Made by a program: the position numbers and the translations under genes
Notes under the pieces: generated by a model
Databases searched by the model: none
What the model was told of the DNA's origin: nothing
What the model saw: only the letters and a program-made list of their open reading frames with translations
Part shown: positions 15,308 to 17,482 of the stretch, piece by piece
Layout: every line of letters begins with the position of its first letter
How positions within the stretch are numbered: the first letter of the stretch is position 1
NCBI GenBank assembly: GCA_003345595.1
Contig: PRDI01000003.1
Span: 1 to 17,482 of the forward strand
Length of the DNA stretch: 17,482 nucleotides
Reading direction: 5' to 3'
From: Candidatus Thorarchaeota archaeon
GTDB taxonomy: Archaea > Asgardarchaeota > Thorarchaeia > Thorarchaeales > Thorarchaeaceae

Positions 15308-17275
15308 ATGCTAGAAAAGGCGGAAAGGGCGGGTGTCACTGCACAGCAAACAATGGCATTGTTGCTCGCGATTGTTGTTACGAGTACGGCAACGGCCTGG
15401 ATCTACACCGAACCCACTCGGACCGAGCTCGATACCACTAGCGTATCGCTTAGGACTGGCAGTGTCATCGCATCCGACTATGACCGATTCTCTCGAGGGA
15501 ACTTCAGCGGGGCCAGTCTATCGCGACTCAATCTGTCAGTCAGCCTGAACGAAAACGAGTCAACAGTACAGGGAACCCTTGTGATTGACTTCTACAATGA
15601 AGATCCGGTGACGTTCAATAGCATTCCCTTTCATCTCTACCCCTCCGGTATGGCTTACGCAACTCGACCGGGCAAGATAGGGATTCATAATGTTACAACA
15701 ACCGGCCATCCAGCAGACGCACTCACTTTTGATGTTTCATACAACCAACAACTCATGTGGGTGAATCTTCCTTCACCCCTGCTACCTGGCGAGCGCACAT
15801 CACTGAACATCAGTTTCACTACAACACTTCCGGATGGGGGTCTTGATCGAGCAGGAGCATATGGCAGTGACATGAACCAGACACGAATCTTCACATTCGC
15901 CAGCTGTTACCCGGTGCCATGTGTCTACGATGAGTTTGATGGGTGGAATACTGACCCTTACATATCTGTCGGAGACCCCTTCTATTACGACATGGCTTTC
16001 TACAATCTGTCGATAGACGTCCCTGAGGGCATGGTGATCGCGTCGACGGGGAGCCCAGTCGTGAAGTCCAGTCAAGACGGACGTACAGAGTACCACTACT
16101 GTATCTCACTTCCAGTGAGAGAAGTCACGTTCTCGGCCTCGCGATACTACGTCATCCAGTCGAATATCCATAACGGGGTGAACGTCACTTCGTTCTATCT
16201 TCCCGCATCTGCACTTCTTTGGGAGAACAACTCACTTCAGGAAGCTGTCCAGGCACTTGACCTCTTCAATTCGACATTTGGAGTCTATCCCTATTCAACA
16301 CTGAACGTGGTGGAACAGCATGCTGCATACGGTGGGATGGAATATCCATGTCAGGTATATGTGACCCGTGCTGTGTCCGAGAGGATTGCAGCAGGCCAAC
16401 GTGCGCCGTGGTATCTAGAGCTTGTGACAGCCCACGAGGTTGCACACCAATGGTGGTCACAGCTCGTCGGCGACGACTGTGTAGACTGGGGATTCCTTGA
16501 CGAGGGCCTTGCCTCTTGGTCACACTCCTACTATGCAGAGCACTACTACTCCGACTGGGAGTACTTCCAAGAACCTCGTCTCTTAGATCAGGTTCGGACG
16601 TTCTACGCGCAGTATAGAGTCGGATGTACTGTGAATCGGTCGAACCTAGTGAGGCCGGATGTGGCAAGCTTCGTTGACTACATTCAGATGCCGGTGATTC
16701 TAGAGAAGCTCAGACAGACAATCGGCCAAGATGCTTTTGTTTCGGGCCTCGGTCGATTTCTTAGGGAGAGATACTTCCTCATTGCCACTCTCAATGACCT
16801 CCAAGATGCTCTGGAATCAAGCGCTAGTGGAGACCTCGACTGGTTCTTCCTACCTTGGTTCAATAATCCATTCCTTCCCGACTATGCAATCCGAAATGCT
16901 GTATACGAGCCGACCTCCTCATCCCTGACCTTTGAAGTCATAGACCTCAACCGTAACCCGAATGACTACGACTATTCGCAACAAATCCCAATCGAAGTCT
17001 ATGATGGTGTTGGGCACGTAATCGGAGAAGCGAATGTCTGGGTCAATGGTACCACATCTGTGGTGTTCCAAACCTCCGACAAGCCAAGCGAGATTAGACT
17101 GGACTACAGCGGCTACGTGATTGTTCAGCTACCAAATCTGTCAACAACGTACTATAGTACCGATCAGATTGTGACTTCCTATCTGTATATGGCACTACTC
17201 GGCACGGGAGTAGCGTCAGCCGTTATCGCTGTCAGCATCACAGTATACCTTCTAAGGAAACGAAGACAGGGCTGA
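15308..17275 (+). CDS. M1-family (gluzincin) Zn aminopeptidase, extracellular with N-terminal signal/TM segment and C-terminal TM anchor
   Basis: GGMEYP (GAMEN equivalent); HEVAH-x18-E (HEVAHQWWSQLVGDDCVDWGFLDE); downstream Tyr in VDYIQ; DLDWFF..W; C-terminal TM helix plus RKRR; GGGTGA RBS. Confidence 0.92.
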   Translation: MLEKAERAGVTAQQTMALLLAIVVTSTATAWIYTEPTRTELDTTSVSLRTGSVIASDYDRFSRGNFSGASLSRLNLSVSLNENESTVQGTLVIDFYNEDPVTFNSIPFHLYPSGMAYATRPGKIGIHNVTTTGHPADALTFDVSYNQQLMWVNLPSPLLPGERTSLNISFTTTLPDGGLDRAGAYGSDMNQTRIFTFASCYPVPCVYDEFDGWNTDPYISVGDPFYYDMAFYNLSIDVPEGMVIASTGSPVVKSSQDGRTEYHYCISLPVREVTFSASRYYVIQSNIHNGVNVTSFYLPASALLWENNSLQEAVQALDLFNSTFGVYPYSTLNVVEQHAAYGGMEYPCQVYVTRAVSERIAAGQRAPWYLELVTAHEVAHQWWSQLVGDDCVDWGFLDEGLASWSHSYYAEHYYSDWEYFQEPRLLDQVRTFYAQYRVGCTVNRSNLVRPDVASFVDYIQMPVILEKLRQTIGQDAFVSGLGRFLRERYFLIATLNDLQDALESSASGDLDWFFLPWFNNPFLPDYAIRNAVYEPTSSSLTFEVIDLNRNPNDYDYSQQIPIEVYDGVGHVIGEANVWVNGTTSVVFQTSDKPSEIRLDYSGYVIVQLPNLSTTYYSTDQIVTSYLYMALLGTGVASAVIAVSITVYLLRKRRQG

Positions 17276-17370
17276 GTACATCGTGGATCTTGTCAGAAGT
17301 GGAGGAAGAGCCTAGGGTATGCAACAGCTGCGTAGAAGTCGGACAATCCTGGACATCTTCGATTAGGGGC

Positions 17371-17377
17371 TTAAATA
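17371..17377 (+). promoter_or_regulatory. Putative TATA box for a gene starting at or beyond the window end
   Basis: TTAAATA in an otherwise GC-rich intergenic stretch. GGAGG at 17454-17458 precedes GTG 17471. Confidence 0.3.
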
Positions 17378-17482
17378 GCTCGAATCAGACGTCTCTTTGA
17401 GGCTGACTCGACACATTCCAGCCCCAAGGAGTACGACCCCAGTGCCGTTTCTGGGAGGACAAAGACTCCTGTGTCCAACTTT

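Overview
A gene-dense, moderately GC-rich archaeal chromosomal window with 18 credible CDSs. No rRNA, tRNA, CRISPR array or mobile element was recognisable. Archaeal origin is supported by an archaeal/eukaryotic-type primase large subunit (priL), GGTGA/GGAG-type ribosome-binding sites and TATA-like boxes. The many sequon-rich, C-terminally anchored surface proteins suggest an Asgard (possibly Thorarchaeia) genome, but this is inference only. Contents from left to right: a 5'-truncated M28-peptidase-like/TSP3-repeat surface protein that has lost most catalytic residues; an OGG1-type 8-oxoguanine glycosylase convergent with priL; a dimethylformamidase-beta-like membrane protein; a thioredoxin-like/SAM-methyltransferase/CPxCG zinc-ribbon operon; a divergent run of AlkD-like glycosylase, DUF3795, DUF763 (HhH motif) and MBL hydrolase; two TPR proteins; a stand-alone ATP cone; a HAD hydrolase; two tandem paralogous membrane-anchored proteins; a chagasin(I42)-like protein; and an intact M1 aminopeptidase. 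The most interesting candidates are a possible uncharacterised DNA-damage module around DUF763/DUF3795/AlkD, a switch-like hairpin in front of DUF763, altered opposite-base recognition in the OGG1, the pseudo-peptidase adhesin-like protein, and a surface-protein/inhibitor/aminopeptidase cassette. All family calls come from motif recognition by eye; no database searches were run.
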